Source of the DNA: an uncultured Syntrophaceae bacterium
GTDB taxonomy: Bacteria > Desulfobacterota > Desulfomonilia > Desulfomonilales > Desulfomonilaceae
Direction of reading: 5' to 3'
DNA: 43,320 nucleotides
NCBI GenBank assembly: GCA_964613745.1
Contig: CAZTJA010000014.1
Span: 1-43,320 of the forward strand
Within the stretch, counting starts at the first letter, position 1. The number at the start of each line of letters is the position of its first letter. The notes under the pieces are model-generated. The model was not told the origin of the DNA, made no database searches, and worked only from the letters and a program-made list of their open reading frames with translations. This document shows, in pieces, positions 27,093 to 37,964 of the stretch. The translations under genes were made by a program, and so were the position numbers.

Positions 27093-29168
27093 TTACGCAG
27101 TGGACCCAATGAATGAAAAATCTGCAATTCCTGAAAAAAGGACGGCCACCTCGTTCAACAAAGCGAGTCTGTTCTGCCGAAGCTTTTCGTCTTCCACCAT
27201 TACCATCACTTTGTCGAAAAATGTATCTATTGATGGACGGAGCTCAGCAATGATTTCTAGAGTGTCAAGATAGTTGCCTTCGGCTCTCGATGATTTTGTT
27301 CGCTGGACGACATCCAGAAGAGTTGAATAGAGCTGATGTTCGGGATCTTCAGTAAACCGGTTTGGGTGAACCTCTCCGGGAGAGTGTCCCTTAAGAATAT
27401 TCACCACTCTCTTAAATCCGACCATAATGGAATCGAAATCCTGCCTTTGCTTCCACTCCTGTAATGCTTCGAGTCTTTTGCGAGAATCGACCAGATCGTC
27501 AAATCCGGATCTCACAACGGCTTCCGTTACATCCAGATCAAATCCACGGGTCACATGAAAATTTATGAACCGAGTTCGTATGAATTCCATAACGTCATTA
27601 ATTACCTGATCCGAATCCCTCGTCCTTTTGGATGCCAGCAGTTTGCCTGACTCTTGAACCAAATCCCGTAAATTGATAGCGTTTCCTAGATTCATAAGAA
27701 TCTGAATCACGCCTAATGCATGACGTCGAAGAGCATACGGATCCGCCGCTCCGGTGGGAATGAGTCCGACGCTAAAACAACCCACGATTGTATCGACTCT
27801 ATCTGCAACTGAAATGATTGAACCTATGATGCCCTCAGGCAGATTATCTCCCGCAAAATTAGGCATATAATGTTCACGAATAGCCACTGAAATTTCATCG
27901 GGTTCGCCGTCCATCCGAGCATAGAAACTTCCAATAACTCCCTGCAGTTCCGGAAATTCGTAAACAATGCCGGTTTCGAGATCGCATTTGCTGAGAAGAG
28001 CGGCCCGACGGACAGCTTCGGTTTTCTCGGGAGCAATTTGCTGAGCTAAGCTAACCGCCAAGGCGGTAAAACGTTCTACCTTTTCATAAGCTGTTCCGAG
28101 TTTTGAATGAAAGACTACTCCCTTTAAAGAATCGAGTCGGTCCAATAAAGGGTGTTTCCGGTCTTCCCTGAAATAAAATCTCGCGTCTTCCAGCCTCGCT
28201 TTAATTACTCGCTCATGCCCTTTTATGGAAAAATCCGGGTCCTTTACAGGGGTATTATTTACTGCGATAAATCTGTTGGTGATTCTGCCGTCCCGTCCCT
28301 GGACGGAAAAATACCGTTGATGCTTTTTCATACATGTAATCAAGATGGATGCAGGTAATTCCAAAAAATCTTGTGCAAACTGTCCCATTATTGGATAAGG
28401 ACTCTCGACAATGTAGGTAACCTCTTCCAATAGTCCACTGTCTTCGAAAGGTTTAAAGCCGTTCTCCTCGGCAATTTGCGCCAATTTGGTTTGCACTGCC
28501 TCTCTTCTCACGGCCGGATCAATAATTACGCCGGCTTGCTCCAGTGATGTCGTCAATTCTTGAAATGACGAAACTCTAATTGGGCCGGGATGGGTAAATC
28601 TGTGTCCTCTCGTTTCATTCCCGGATTTTATTCCACCATATTCAAACGGTACTACGGCATCTGAGAATATGGCAACAATCCAGTGGAGGGGCCTTGCGAA
28701 ACGGGAATCAAGATCCATCCAACGCATCGTCTTTGGGAATGTTATCTTCTCCATAATAGAAGGAACAATCTCGGAAAAGACGTCCGTAGTAGGCTTTCCT
28801 TTTTCGAGCTTGCGGACAGCCACCTGCTCACCTTTCGCCGTGCTTACCAAAAACAAATCACTTACATCCACGCCCTGACTCTTGGCGAAACCGATGGCTG
28901 CTTTCGATGGATTTCCCTCAGCGTCATAAGCAGCGGCTTTTGCAGGACCAGTCTTTTCTATCTCGACGGATTCTTGACTTTCCGGCACGTTGGGAATTCT
29001 TACGATCAGGCGACGCGGCGTGGCATAAGTTTCGATTGTGCCGTGCCCGAGGCGGGCTCCGGCTAATGATTTTGTAAAAAGATCTTTGAGAGATTCCAAT
29101 GCCGGAGGTATGAAACCGGCCGGGATCTCTTCGCATCCTATTTCAAGAAGGAATTCGCCTTTCATCAA
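27093..29168 (-). CDS. glyS: Glycine--tRNA ligase beta subunit
   Basis: 691 aa with strong similarity to GlyS throughout. Overlaps glyQ by 4 nt. Confidence 0.9.
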   Translation of the reverse strand: MMKGEFLLEIGCEEIPAGFIPPALESLKDLFTKSLAGARLGHGTIETYATPRRLIVRIPNVPESQESVEIEKTGPAKAAAYDAEGNPSKAAIGFAKSQGVDVSDLFLVSTAKGEQVAVRKLEKGKPTTDVFSEIVPSIMEKITFPKTMRWMDLDSRFARPLHWIVAIFSDAVVPFEYGGIKSGNETRGHRFTHPGPIRVSSFQELTTSLEQAGVIIDPAVRREAVQTKLAQIAEENGFKPFEDSGLLEEVTYIVESPYPIMGQFAQDFLELPASILITCMKKHQRYFSVQGRDGRITNRFIAVNNTPVKDPDFSIKGHERVIKARLEDARFYFREDRKHPLLDRLDSLKGVVFHSKLGTAYEKVERFTALAVSLAQQIAPEKTEAVRRAALLSKCDLETGIVYEFPELQGVIGSFYARMDGEPDEISVAIREHYMPNFAGDNLPEGIIGSIISVADRVDTIVGCFSVGLIPTGAADPYALRRHALGVIQILMNLGNAINLRDLVQESGKLLASKRTRDSDQVINDVMEFIRTRFINFHVTRGFDLDVTEAVVRSGFDDLVDSRKRLEALQEWKQRQDFDSIMVGFKRVVNILKGHSPGEVHPNRFTEDPEHQLYSTLLDVVQRTKSSRAEGNYLDTLEIIAELRPSIDTFFDKVMVMVEDEKLRQNRLALLNEVAVLFSGIADFSFIGSTA

Positions 29169-30064
29169 AATGCCCCGCCATCGCTGAATTTGTTAAGAAG
29201 GGGAAAACCCATTGTCTCTCGCTGGGCCAGATATGCTGAAGCCGCTTTTCTCGCCAAATTGCGAACTCGATGTATGTACGCCGTTCTTTCCGCAACACTG
29301 ATCGCCCCCCGGGCATCCAGAACATTGAATGTATGAGAGCATTTCAGACAAAAGTCGTAGCCAGGGAGTACGAGGGGTTCATCATTGTCCAAAAGCAGAT
29401 TTGATTCGGCTTCATACATATCAAACAATTTAAAGAGCATGTCGGTATCAGCTTTATCAAAATTGTACGTAGATCCCTCAACTTCAGATCGATGATGAAT
29501 GTCTCCATATGTGATGTCGCGGGTCCACTTGAGATCATACACACTCTCAACACCCTGGAGATACATGCAGATTCGCTCGATCCCATAGGTAAGCTCCACC
29601 GAAACCGGTTTGAGATCAATGCCGCCTGCCTGCTGAAAGTACGTGAACTGTGTGATCTCCATGCCGTCCAGCCAGACTTCCCAACCAACTCCCCAGGCCC
29701 CGAGTGTTGGAGATTCCCAATCATCCTCAACAAAACGTATGTCGTGCGCCAAAGGATCTATACCGAAAGCCGCCAAGGATTCGATGTAGATATCTTGAAC
29801 TTCAAGGGGAGAAGGTTTTAGTATTACTTGATACTGATAGTAATGCTGGAGGCGATTCGGATTTTCTCCGTATCTGCCGTCGGTTGGTCGCCGAGAAGGT
29901 TCGACGTACGCGACATTCCAAGGTTCGGGGCCTAGGACTCTGAGGAAAGTTGCCGGATTCATAGTGCCGGCGCCTTTCTCAATGTCGTACGGTTGTTGAA
30001 TTATACAGCCCCGGTCGGACCAGAATTTTTCGAGTGCCAGTATCAGCTCTTGAAACGTTAGCAT
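29165..30064 (-). CDS. glyQ: Glycine--tRNA ligase alpha subunit
   Basis: Highly conserved GlyQ sequence ([15 protein letters not shown]...[10 protein letters not shown]). Confidence 0.92.
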   Translation of the reverse strand: MLTFQELILALEKFWSDRGCIIQQPYDIEKGAGTMNPATFLRVLGPEPWNVAYVEPSRRPTDGRYGENPNRLQHYYQYQVILKPSPLEVQDIYIESLAAFGIDPLAHDIRFVEDDWESPTLGAWGVGWEVWLDGMEITQFTYFQQAGGIDLKPVSVELTYGIERICMYLQGVESVYDLKWTRDITYGDIHHRSEVEGSTYNFDKADTDMLFKLFDMYEAESNLLLDNDEPLVLPGYDFCLKCSHTFNVLDARGAISVAERTAYIHRVRNLARKAASAYLAQRETMGFPLLNKFSDGGAF

Positions 30065-30231
30065 GTGGTAAGCCCCATCAAGGCGATTTGTGTTTTAAAT
30101 ATTTCATGAATAATCGAATTTTGTAACATTTGAATGTGTAGGGGTCAAGTTTCGATGCGAGAGATTACCAGCAGCCCAATTTGCATTTCCGACGGTCATC
30201 TCTATAATAGTCGCTTCAAAGATGAGACTCT

Positions 30232-30972
30232 ATGGAGTACGAAATGCCCATAATGCTGAAAGCTTTATTATTCCTCAGTTTACTGGTTTGGATGCCTTTA
30301 ACTCCAATCAGTGCTGCAGAAGACAAGGTGTCTGAAGACGCCGGAATAGCTGCATTGGAGTCCGGTAGAATGGAAGAAGCCATCAGCATTTTTACGAAAC
30401 TATTGGCACAGGAACCTGAAGGAAGGTTTTACTATTACCGTGGATTAGGTCTGAGTGCGCGTAATCGTGATTCTGCGGCAATAAAAGATTTCGACAGAGC
30501 GATTGCACTGATTCCGGGAGAAATGAGTTTCTTTCTTCAAAGGGGAATCTCTTCCTCGAAGACGGGAATGTTCAGGGAAGCCGTTGAAGACTTCACAAAG
30601 GTAATTACGGCGGAACCTCAAAACAAATCAGTTTTTGGACAAAGGGCGAAGGCCCTCTTCAATTTGGGAGAAAACCAGAAAGCACTTGACGACCTGCACA
30701 AAGCTCTGGCTTCAAATTCCAGTTCTCCAACTCTATTCCGGCTGAGGGGAGATGTTTATTCGGCCATAGGTGATTACGTGAATGCGGTTCAGGATTATGA
30801 CAGTGCACTGAAATTGAAACCTCTGGACCCTGCTGCCCTGAATAACAGGGGTATCGCCCTGGCCAATTTGGGCAAAACCAAAGAAGCCGTAGAGGATCTC
30901 AATAAAGCAATGGAGATTGCCGGGTCGTATCCCTCTTCGTCGAACAATTCACCTTCAGATTCGCTTTGGTGA
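30232..30972 (+). CDS. Secreted TPR-repeat protein
   Basis: Signal peptide followed by about 6 TPR-like 34-residue repeats (the A..Y..G...A..D......P pattern). Confidence 0.7.
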   Translation: MEYEMPIMLKALLFLSLLVWMPLTPISAAEDKVSEDAGIAALESGRMEEAISIFTKLLAQEPEGRFYYYRGLGLSARNRDSAAIKDFDRAIALIPGEMSFFLQRGISSSKTGMFREAVEDFTKVITAEPQNKSVFGQRAKALFNLGENQKALDDLHKALASNSSSPTLFRLRGDVYSAIGDYVNAVQDYDSALKLKPLDPAALNNRGIALANLGKTKEAVEDLNKAMEIAGSYPSSSNNSPSDSLW

Positions 30973-31070
30973 TGAGGTGAAGCCAGAAAAATTCAGTGAT
31001 GAAGATTTGATCAGCAATGGTTCAAGAGACAGTATCTTGAATGATTGAATTTGTTACATGAAATTTCGGT

Positions 31071-32510
31071 GTGTTTTGGGATATCAAAATTATGAATGGA
31101 AAGTATGAGGTGGCCATGGGAGAAAACAACACGGCCTACGAAAACGTGACCGGCTTTGAAAAATTAGCATTTTTTTGGAAATTTTTTCGGAGAGCTTTGG
31201 GCCTAATGGTCGATCCGGCTAATCGATCTTACCGAAGATCGAAAAATCTGACTCCCATTGATTCTCTTTTCAATTTTGTAAAGATGTCCTTTCTTCAGGA
31301 GACGGTCTTACGATATAGGCATATGGTCAAGTTTCGTGGTTCAGTGATCATGGACAGCACCTTTCCTCCGTTTCCTTCGGAAGCTTTCGATAGAAGGTTA
31401 TCAAATTACATTAACAATTTAGATTTGACGGAGCTGCCTTCCGGGATAGTTTCAATTTCGACCACAAATAGGTGCCCTTACTCATGTGCGTTTTGTTCCA
31501 CCAATGCAAAGAGGAATACATTGGATGATCTCGATGAGGATCTTCTAAAATCCATCATCACCCAGGTGGAAGCACAGGGCACTCCGTCAATCATTCTACA
31601 TGGCGGGGAGCCGTTCTTCCGCTACGACCGGTTCCTTAGGCTCGTAAAACATGTGCATCCTAAGACCTGCCTGTGGATGTTTACCACAGGGTTCGGAGCA
31701 ACGCCGGAAAGGGCTGCCGAACTCAAAGAAAATGGATTATTCGGCGTGTGGATCAGCCTCGATCATTACCTTCCTGAAGTGCACAACAAACTCAGAGGAC
31801 ATCCCGAAGCTTTCCAAAATGTGGTGTCCGCCGTGGATGCGTTCAAAAAAGCCGGAGTGTACACCTGTTTGTCTCTCGTTCCACCCGATGATCTACTCAT
31901 ACCTGAAAACTTTAAAAAGTATTATGAGTTTGCCAAACAATTGGGAGTAGCGGAAATTCGCGTAATGGAAGTAAAGCCCTCCGGACGAGAAGCATGCCGT
32001 GGGGTTATAGCTCATAGCCCGGTCCTGGAACAGCTCCAAAAAGATCTTTATGCTGATCCTAAGTATCGGGATTACCCGCCGCTTAGCGGGTTATCGACTT
32101 GGCTTGAAAAGGATCCGGCTCTCGGGTGCCAATGCAGATTTGAGTACCTTTTCATCACATCGGTGGGTGAGGTGCAGCCATGCGAAGCAAGTGAGATTTC
32201 GTTCGGCAACATCACTCAAGAAGCTTTTCAAGACATTTATACGCGAGCCTGTGCTGCATTTCCGAAGCCGTCCACCGGGTGCATTCCAATGGTCATGTAC
32301 CCTGAAGTACGAGAGTTTCAGAAGAGAAAAAATGATCTGAGCTCCCGAGAAAAATCCGATATCGCTACAAAGATCATGAACGACTTCCAAAATAGAGGGA
32401 CAATACCGGGAGCTTACGCGCTCATCTGGTCGATATACGAGAAGAGGCTCACTGCGTACAAAAAAAGGAGGCTGAACACCAGAACGGAATTAGCAGATTG
32501 CGAAAGATAA
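31071..32510 (+). CDS. Radical SAM protein with a roughly 120-aa N-terminal extension and a Cys-rich C-terminal (SPASM/twitch-like) region
   Basis: CxxxCxxC (CPYSCAFC), a GGEPF motif, and additional C-terminal cysteines (CQC, C, C, C). Confidence 0.75.
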   Translation: MFWDIKIMNGKYEVAMGENNTAYENVTGFEKLAFFWKFFRRALGLMVDPANRSYRRSKNLTPIDSLFNFVKMSFLQETVLRYRHMVKFRGSVIMDSTFPPFPSEAFDRRLSNYINNLDLTELPSGIVSISTTNRCPYSCAFCSTNAKRNTLDDLDEDLLKSIITQVEAQGTPSIILHGGEPFFRYDRFLRLVKHVHPKTCLWMFTTGFGATPERAAELKENGLFGVWISLDHYLPEVHNKLRGHPEAFQNVVSAVDAFKKAGVYTCLSLVPPDDLLIPENFKKYYEFAKQLGVAEIRVMEVKPSGREACRGVIAHSPVLEQLQKDLYADPKYRDYPPLSGLSTWLEKDPALGCQCRFEYLFITSVGEVQPCEASEISFGNITQEAFQDIYTRACAAFPKPSTGCIPMVMYPEVREFQKRKNDLSSREKSDIATKIMNDFQNRGTIPGAYALIWSIYEKRLTAYKKRRLNTRTELADCER

Positions 32511-32526
32511 GCGGATCGCGTTTGCT

Positions 32527-33042
32527 ATGACTATCCGGGAACTACTAATTGGCATTGGGAATTATCCAAAACTGCTCATTTGCCTATTTACGCTATTACC
32601 GATTTCGGCAGTCGCATTGGGAAGAATTCATGCTCGCCACGAAGGCGGGACGGCTCCCTGGAAGTTCATTTACTCCATCATTGTTTTTGCGGTATGCATT
32701 CCCGGCATCGCCGCTGTCGTGCTCACCGGATATGAACTATTCTTTAGCCGGGAAAATCTTCTGGATCTAAACCTAATTGTATATTATCTACCGATCCTTT
32801 CTATGGTTATCACCCTGATCATCATTTCTAAGAATGTTTCTTTCGATTCCATACCAGGCTTTGGTCGCTTAACCGGACTATTCATCATTTTGGCCATAAC
32901 GTTCATCTCCGTTTTGGCAATCCAGAAAACCTCCATTTGGCTGGTGTTCGGTGGATCAATATACTCGTTGCTTATAATCGGCCTGGGTGTCTATTTTGTA
33001 TTGAGGTGGGCTGTGTATTTGATGTTTCGGAAAAGATCTTAG
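32527..33042 (+). CDS. Hypothetical 4-TM membrane protein
   Basis: Four hydrophobic helices. Starts 17 nt after the radical SAM gene stop. Confidence 0.5.
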   Translation: MTIRELLIGIGNYPKLLICLFTLLPISAVALGRIHARHEGGTAPWKFIYSIIVFAVCIPGIAAVVLTGYELFFSRENLLDLNLIVYYLPILSMVITLIIISKNVSFDSIPGFGRLTGLFIILAITFISVLAIQKTSIWLVFGGSIYSLLIIGLGVYFVLRWAVYLMFRKRS

Positions 33043-33068
33043 TATGTGCGGAATTCACCAATAAAAAA

Positions 33069-33089
33069 AGGGCGATTTATCCTCGCCCT
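33069..33089. terminator. Hairpin terminator (AGGGCGA-tttatcc-TCGCCCT) lying between convergent genes
   Basis: 7-bp perfect stem. An A7 run upstream on the plus strand gives a U-tail for the minus-strand gene 33113..33829. Confidence 0.55.
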
Positions 33090-33112
33090 TTAAAGTCCTA
33101 AATGCCTAAGAG

Positions 33113-33829
33113 TTAAGCAGCCTTGTACGTATCGGAAATTTTCTTAAGGCTTTCAGTCATTTCATTCACATTTTGAGCGATGTCTCGCACTGATTCTAAA
33201 ATGTCGAGAAATATCGAAGAAGCCCTGGGCACACAATCCCCTTTAAGAAGACGATCTTCATGTGCATCAGCATAATCGATGGTCATCTGAATAATCTTCT
33301 TTTGTTGATTGATGAGAATGTCCAGGAGAGAGGGATTTAAAGTAGAAAGCAGATCCCGGAATCCTTTAAGATTATCCGCAAGCGTATCAAAAAGCAGCGT
33401 AAGTTCGGAGGTAGCCCTTTCACTGAAGGCGATACCGTCACGATCTTTGATGTAAGCACAATTTAGTATACTCTCAAGATGGTCGCCGGATCTTTCGAGT
33501 TTGCCCGGGAAGAGAATTACGGTTTTAAGTACTTTTTCGGTTTTGTCGGGATTGCAGACAATGGCATTCGTCAGTTCTTTTTCTTCTTGATGGACTTCCT
33601 CACCTAAGGTCTTACAACGGCTGATTTTTTCAGGATCGCAGAGTATAAGGTTCTTAGATACGAGCTGAGTCATTTCCATCAGCTTTGTAACCATTACCAA
33701 AAGACCCTCTTCGAGGCACGTCATTTCGGGCGGAGGCGTCTCATACAGTTCTGTGAGTCGGCTTGCTTCCGCATTCAACTTCGGACTGATAAGTCGAAAC
33801 GGATTGAAGAAAACGTCTTTTTCTTTCAT
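33113..33829 (-). CDS. PhoU-like / DUF47 family protein (putative phosphate transport regulator-related)
   Basis: Helical protein of PhoU/DUF47 type. RBS AAAGGAGGG upstream. Confidence 0.55.
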   Translation of the reverse strand: MKEKDVFFNPFRLISPKLNAEASRLTELYETPPPEMTCLEEGLLVMVTKLMEMTQLVSKNLILCDPEKISRCKTLGEEVHQEEKELTNAIVCNPDKTEKVLKTVILFPGKLERSGDHLESILNCAYIKDRDGIAFSERATSELTLLFDTLADNLKGFRDLLSTLNPSLLDILINQQKKIIQMTIDYADAHEDRLLKGDCVPRASSIFLDILESVRDIAQNVNEMTESLKKISDTYKAA

Positions 33830-34134
33830 GCGAATTCCCTCCTTTGGAACGGAATTTCCTCTTCGGGTCGTATCTCTGTTCCGCCGACCACTTTCCTGAT
33901 AAGGAAATTTTCGTTGGGATTGTTATCGGTCCGGATTGGAACCTACAAAGTCCATAGATTATTACCGAAGAAGCCAAATATCAAGTTTATTCGGATTGCG
34001 ACGGTTTTCAGGATTTCATCAAACCAAAGAAGAAACGAAAGTCCTTGCCCGGTCTAGTATTAACAACCATTCGTCTTGAAATTCTGATGCTATAAAAGTT
34101 ATGAAACAGGATCTTGCAAAAGAGAGGTGAATGA

Positions 34135-34941
34135 ATGAAGCAACTTGAAAAAAGATCTGCACAGTGCCTGGAAAATGTCAGAAATACGCGCCCGCTTGTC
34201 CACAGCATCACCAATTACGTGGTTATGAACTCAACGGCCAATGTGCTACTGGCAATGGGAGCTTCGCCCATTATGGCTCATGCAATTGAAGAAATCGAAG
34301 AAATAATTGCTCTCGTCAATTCGGTGGTCTTAAACATTGGGACTTTATCGAATAACTGGATAGATTCAATGCTTCATGCTGCGAGCACTGCCAAACAAAA
34401 GTCCAAGCCTCTGGTCCTGGACCCTGTCGGCGCGGGTGCGACCAAAATGCGTACAGAGGCTGCATGGAACATTATGCGAACAGCCGTTCCGTCCGTGATC
34501 AGGGGGAATGCTTCTGAAATATTGGCTCTTGCACATTCGGGTGCTCGAACCAGAGGGGTGGATTCGGCGCATTTGTCTACGGACGCACTAGATTCGGCCA
34601 AGAGCCTCGCCGCGTCATTGGGAACGATAGTGGCAGTAACCGGAAAAATAGATTTTGTGACTGATGGGAACAGAACTTTGCAGGTTTCAAACGGCCATGA
34701 AATGCTTAGCATGGTAACAGGGACAGGTTGTGCCGCTACGGTAACTATTGCAGCCTTCATATCTTCCAGCGAAGATCCCCTCATAGCAACTGCGGCAGCT
34801 CTCGCATTTTTTGGGCTGGCAGGAGAAATTGCCGCAGAAAAATCACAAGGTCCGGGTTCATTTTGGGTCAATATGCTCGACATGTTGTATGGGATCGATC
34901 CGAAAAAATTCGAAACCGGAGCCAGGATATCGGCATTATGA
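34135..34941 (+). CDS. thiM: Hydroxyethylthiazole kinase
   Basis: ThiM family motifs. RBS AGAGAGGTGA upstream. Confidence 0.85.
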   Translation: MKQLEKRSAQCLENVRNTRPLVHSITNYVVMNSTANVLLAMGASPIMAHAIEEIEEIIALVNSVVLNIGTLSNNWIDSMLHAASTAKQKSKPLVLDPVGAGATKMRTEAAWNIMRTAVPSVIRGNASEILALAHSGARTRGVDSAHLSTDALDSAKSLAASLGTIVAVTGKIDFVTDGNRTLQVSNGHEMLSMVTGTGCAATVTIAAFISSSEDPLIATAAALAFFGLAGEIAAEKSQGPGSFWVNMLDMLYGIDPKKFETGARISAL

Positions 34942-35588
34942 GCATCATAAAAGATTGGAAAGTTTATCTCGTTACCGACAGATTACATGCAAGAGGCCGC
35001 TCTACGCTCGAAATAGTAAAAGCAGCAGTTGAAGGCGGTGTGTCGGTCGTGCAACTAAGAGAGAAAAATTTGGGAACCAGAGATTTTTTGAACGAAGGCC
35101 TTTTGATACGAGATTTTTTGAAAAGTAAGAGCGTTCCACTGATCATAAATGACCGAGTCGATATTGCTTTAGCTCTGGATGCGGACGGAGTGCATGTAGG
35201 ACAGGAAGACATGCCGGTAGATATGGTCCGCAAATTATTGGGACCCGAAAAGATCATCGGTCTATCCATACAGGATCTGTCACAAATCGATGAAATTGCG
35301 ACCGAGAATGCTGATTACATTGCTGTAAGCCCAATCTTTCCTACTCCGACAAAGACCACCGATTCACACTGGGGAATCGACGGATTAATACAGGTACGAC
35401 GTGCTACCGTATTACCCATAGTGGCTATAGGGTCCGTAAACATTGAAAACGCCGGTCACGTTGTACAGGCCGGTGCAGACTCTATCGCTGTGGTGACTGC
35501 AATCGTATCTGCAGATGATCCCGAAACGGCCACAAGGTCACTGGTGAACGAAGTATCTCTGGGCAAAAACATTATTCGGAATGGTTGA
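34938..35588 (+). CDS. thiE: Thiamine-phosphate synthase
   Basis: ThiE motifs (VQLREK, GVHVGQED). Start reassigned from the listed 34728 to the ATG at 34938, which overlaps the thiM stop (ATGA). Confidence 0.85.
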   Translation: MSIIKDWKVYLVTDRLHARGRSTLEIVKAAVEGGVSVVQLREKNLGTRDFLNEGLLIRDFLKSKSVPLIINDRVDIALALDADGVHVGQEDMPVDMVRKLLGPEKIIGLSIQDLSQIDEIATENADYIAVSPIFPTPTKTTDSHWGIDGLIQVRRATVLPIVAIGSVNIENAGHVVQAGADSIAVVTAIVSADDPETATRSLVNEVSLGKNIIRNG

Positions 35589-35604
35589 ACCGGCGAAAAT
35601 TCCA

Positions 35605-35967
35605 ATGACGGCAAATAAGAAAGAGCGTGGTGCTCTGGCTGAAAAACTGGTTACGGACTACCTGCGTCGCAACAAATATTCAATTCTGGAGAACAATTTC
35701 GCCGGAAAAATGGGCGAAGTTGACATAATTTGTGAAAAAGACGGGATTCTTGTTATTGTGGAAGTCCGATCAATGTACCCGGGATCGCCTTACAACCCTA
35801 TATACTCAATAAATTCCCGCAAAAGGTCAAAGATTATTAAGACGGCGTTGCATTACATTAGAACGCATTTTGGCCGTGAAGTCGGGACTAGATTTGATGT
35901 CGCAATTGTTACGCTTGGACAACCTCCCGACATACAGCACTTTGAGAATGCCTTTGAGATGACTTGA
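35605..35967 (+). CDS. yraN: YraN/UPF0102 family endonuclease-like protein
   Basis: Matches the YraN family pattern (GEVDIICEKDGILVIVEVRS). Start could instead be 35581. Confidence 0.65.
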   Translation: MTANKKERGALAEKLVTDYLRRNKYSILENNFAGKMGEVDIICEKDGILVIVEVRSMYPGSPYNPIYSINSRKRSKIIKTALHYIRTHFGREVGTRFDVAIVTLGQPPDIQHFENAFEMT

Positions 35968-36090
35968 ACTTCTTAGAGTGAATTGAGATGAAGAGTGGTT
36001 CAGTCGCTTCAAACCTTAACGTGCACCATGAGTTTTCAGCAATTATTTGCGTTAACGCAACGATAACTGTTCTTATTCGGAGACCGTCAC

Positions 36091-37014
36091 TTGATCATCA
36101 CGGAAATTTTGCCGGATCTTTTTTTTATCCGACGCGGCTTTCTTAACGGCAATCACCTTGTGTATCGATCCGCCTCCCCAATATTGATCGACACTGCCTA
36201 TAAAACAGGTTCAAAGACCACGTTGCGAGCTTTAAACCGGTTAGGATTAGATCCTTCTGTGATCAGCATGATCATAAGCACCCATTGTCATTGCGATCAC
36301 ATTGGTGGAAATCACTTGCTCCAAGAAATCTCAGGGTGCCAAGTAGCAATGCACGAAACGGGAGGCAGGTTCATCAATCGTAAGGAGGGCAGAGCGACTT
36401 GGTGGGATTACTACGTGCAGGAAGCGGAATTTTTTGACTGTAATATCTTTTTGAACGACGGTGATGAGTTGGTTATCGGTCCTTATGAGTTCACGGTAAT
36501 TCATACACCGGGCCATTCGGCGGATGGCGTCGTACTTTATAGTTCCGAACACAAACTTCTCATATCCTCAGATACGGTGTGGGAAAATGATATGGCAGTG
36601 GTGACGGAGCTTGTGGAAGGAAAACAGACACTGAGTTGGTGGATGGAATCTCTTGAGCGTATCCGAACACTAGATGTTCGGCTCGTATGTCCCGGACATG
36701 GCGATCTGTTTTCAGAATTCAAGCCGGCGGTCCAAAGGACCCAAAAAAGGATTCGCTCTTTCATCGAAAACCCCGAACTAATCGGTAGAGACGTCCTGAA
36801 AAAGATCATAGTCTATACTCTCATGATGAAGAGAGGATTCTTAGAAGCCGATTTCCTTTCTTTCCTGCTCACAACTCCGTGGTACAGGGAGACCGTAGAT
36901 CATTACTTTTCAGAACAATATGAATCGATGTTTGAATCGGTGATGCAGGAATTGATTTCCAAGGGTGTAATCGTTGTAAAAAAAGGCCGCATACTGACAT
37001 CGGTTCGACCTTGA
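36091..37014 (+). CDS. MBL-fold metallo-hydrolase
   Basis: HxHxDH motif (THCHCDHIGG) and a downstream His/Asp. TTG start preceded by the RBS GGAGA. Confidence 0.8.
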   Translation: MIITEILPDLFFIRRGFLNGNHLVYRSASPILIDTAYKTGSKTTLRALNRLGLDPSVISMIISTHCHCDHIGGNHLLQEISGCQVAMHETGGRFINRKEGRATWWDYYVQEAEFFDCNIFLNDGDELVIGPYEFTVIHTPGHSADGVVLYSSEHKLLISSDTVWENDMAVVTELVEGKQTLSWWMESLERIRTLDVRLVCPGHGDLFSEFKPAVQRTQKRIRSFIENPELIGRDVLKKIIVYTLMMKRGFLEADFLSFLLTTPWYRETVDHYFSEQYESMFESVMQELISKGVIVVKKGRILTSVRP

Positions 37015-37157
37015 ATAGGGGAATATTGGACTGTATTGGAATTCTTGCTCTGGCTTGCCTAGAATTTATCCGGCTCGGATCGAAAAATGCATCCCAGTGT
37101 CTTTGCTAATATTCTTTATTAATAAACCGCCTGTATTGATCCTAAAGGGCTAAAGAA

Positions 37158-37964
37158 TTGAAAAAGCAGAAAATAGTACATCTTTCGGATCTGCATTTCG
37201 GTACCGTGGTTCCTGAGCTTTGTACACCGCTTTACGAAGTGATTGAGAGTGTAGGTCCAGATCTGGTTGCCATATCGGGTGATCTGACCCAGAGAGCTCG
37301 CAAATCCCAATTTGAGGCCGCAGCCTCTTTCTTGGACAAAATTCGGTTCCGAAAATTGATTGTCCCAGGAAATCACGACATACCTCTATGGAATATTTTC
37401 AGAAGATTCTTCAATTCCTTGGATGATTACAAAGCCACAATAACTACGGATCTAGAACCGGTTATTCGGACTGACGGCATGCAGGTTTTAGGAATCAATT
37501 CCACCAGTGCTTTGGAATGGAAAGAGGGTCGTATTTCCGATGATCAGATCGGCAGAATAAGAAAAGCATTTGGGGAACAACAATCAGATGTTTTCAAAGT
37601 TCTCGTGATGCACCACCCCCTAATAGACTGTGTCATCGATAGAGATTTTGACGTTGTAGACGGATCGCAAAGGACATTGGAAATGCTGCTCGATGTCGGT
37701 GTGGATTTAGTTTTAACCGGCCACCTGCACCATCAATACGCTTGTCAGTCAGTGCATGAGAGATCGATTTTGGTAATTCAAGCCGGAACGGCGCTTTCGC
37801 ACCGAACACGAGGATTGCCGAACAGCTTCAATGTACTGGAATTAAATCCCAATGAGGTTACGCTCACTATTTATGAATGGAACGAAAAAGGCAGATTTGA
37901 AGCCGAGAAGATGATGCGCTTCGAGGGTCGAGGGTCATGGAAGCTGGCTGCTCTGGAAAAATAA
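37158..37964 (+). CDS. Metallophosphoesterase (calcineurin-like)
   Basis: Motifs IVHLSDLHFG, AISGDLTQ, GNHD and GHLH. Confidence 0.75.
   Translation: MKKQKIVHLSDLHFGTVVPELCTPLYEVIESVGPDLVAISGDLTQRARKSQFEAAASFLDKIRFRKLIVPGNHDIPLWNIFRRFFNSLDDYKATITTDLEPVIRTDGMQVLGINSTSALEWKEGRISDDQIGRIRKAFGEQQSDVFKVLVMHHPLIDCVIDRDFDVVDGSQRTLEMLLDVGVDLVLTGHLHHQYACQSVHERSILVIQAGTALSHRTRGLPNSFNVLELNPNEVTLTIYEWNEKGRFEAEKMMRFEGRGSWKLAALEK

Noticed and set aside
33830-34134. Expected TPP riboswitch (THI-box) upstream of thiM-thiE
   Set aside because: I searched both strands for the conserved CUGAGA and ACCUGAUCUGGNUAAUACCAGCGNAGGGA elements and found no convincing match. Only a weak resemblance (aacct...attaccg...aagaag) at about 33945-33980. 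Not called.
34366-34883. ORFs 34374..34883(-) and 34366..34572(-) antisense to thiM
   Set aside because: Ala/Ser-rich antisense translations of a GC-richer gene. No RBS, and they fully overlap a confident CDS.
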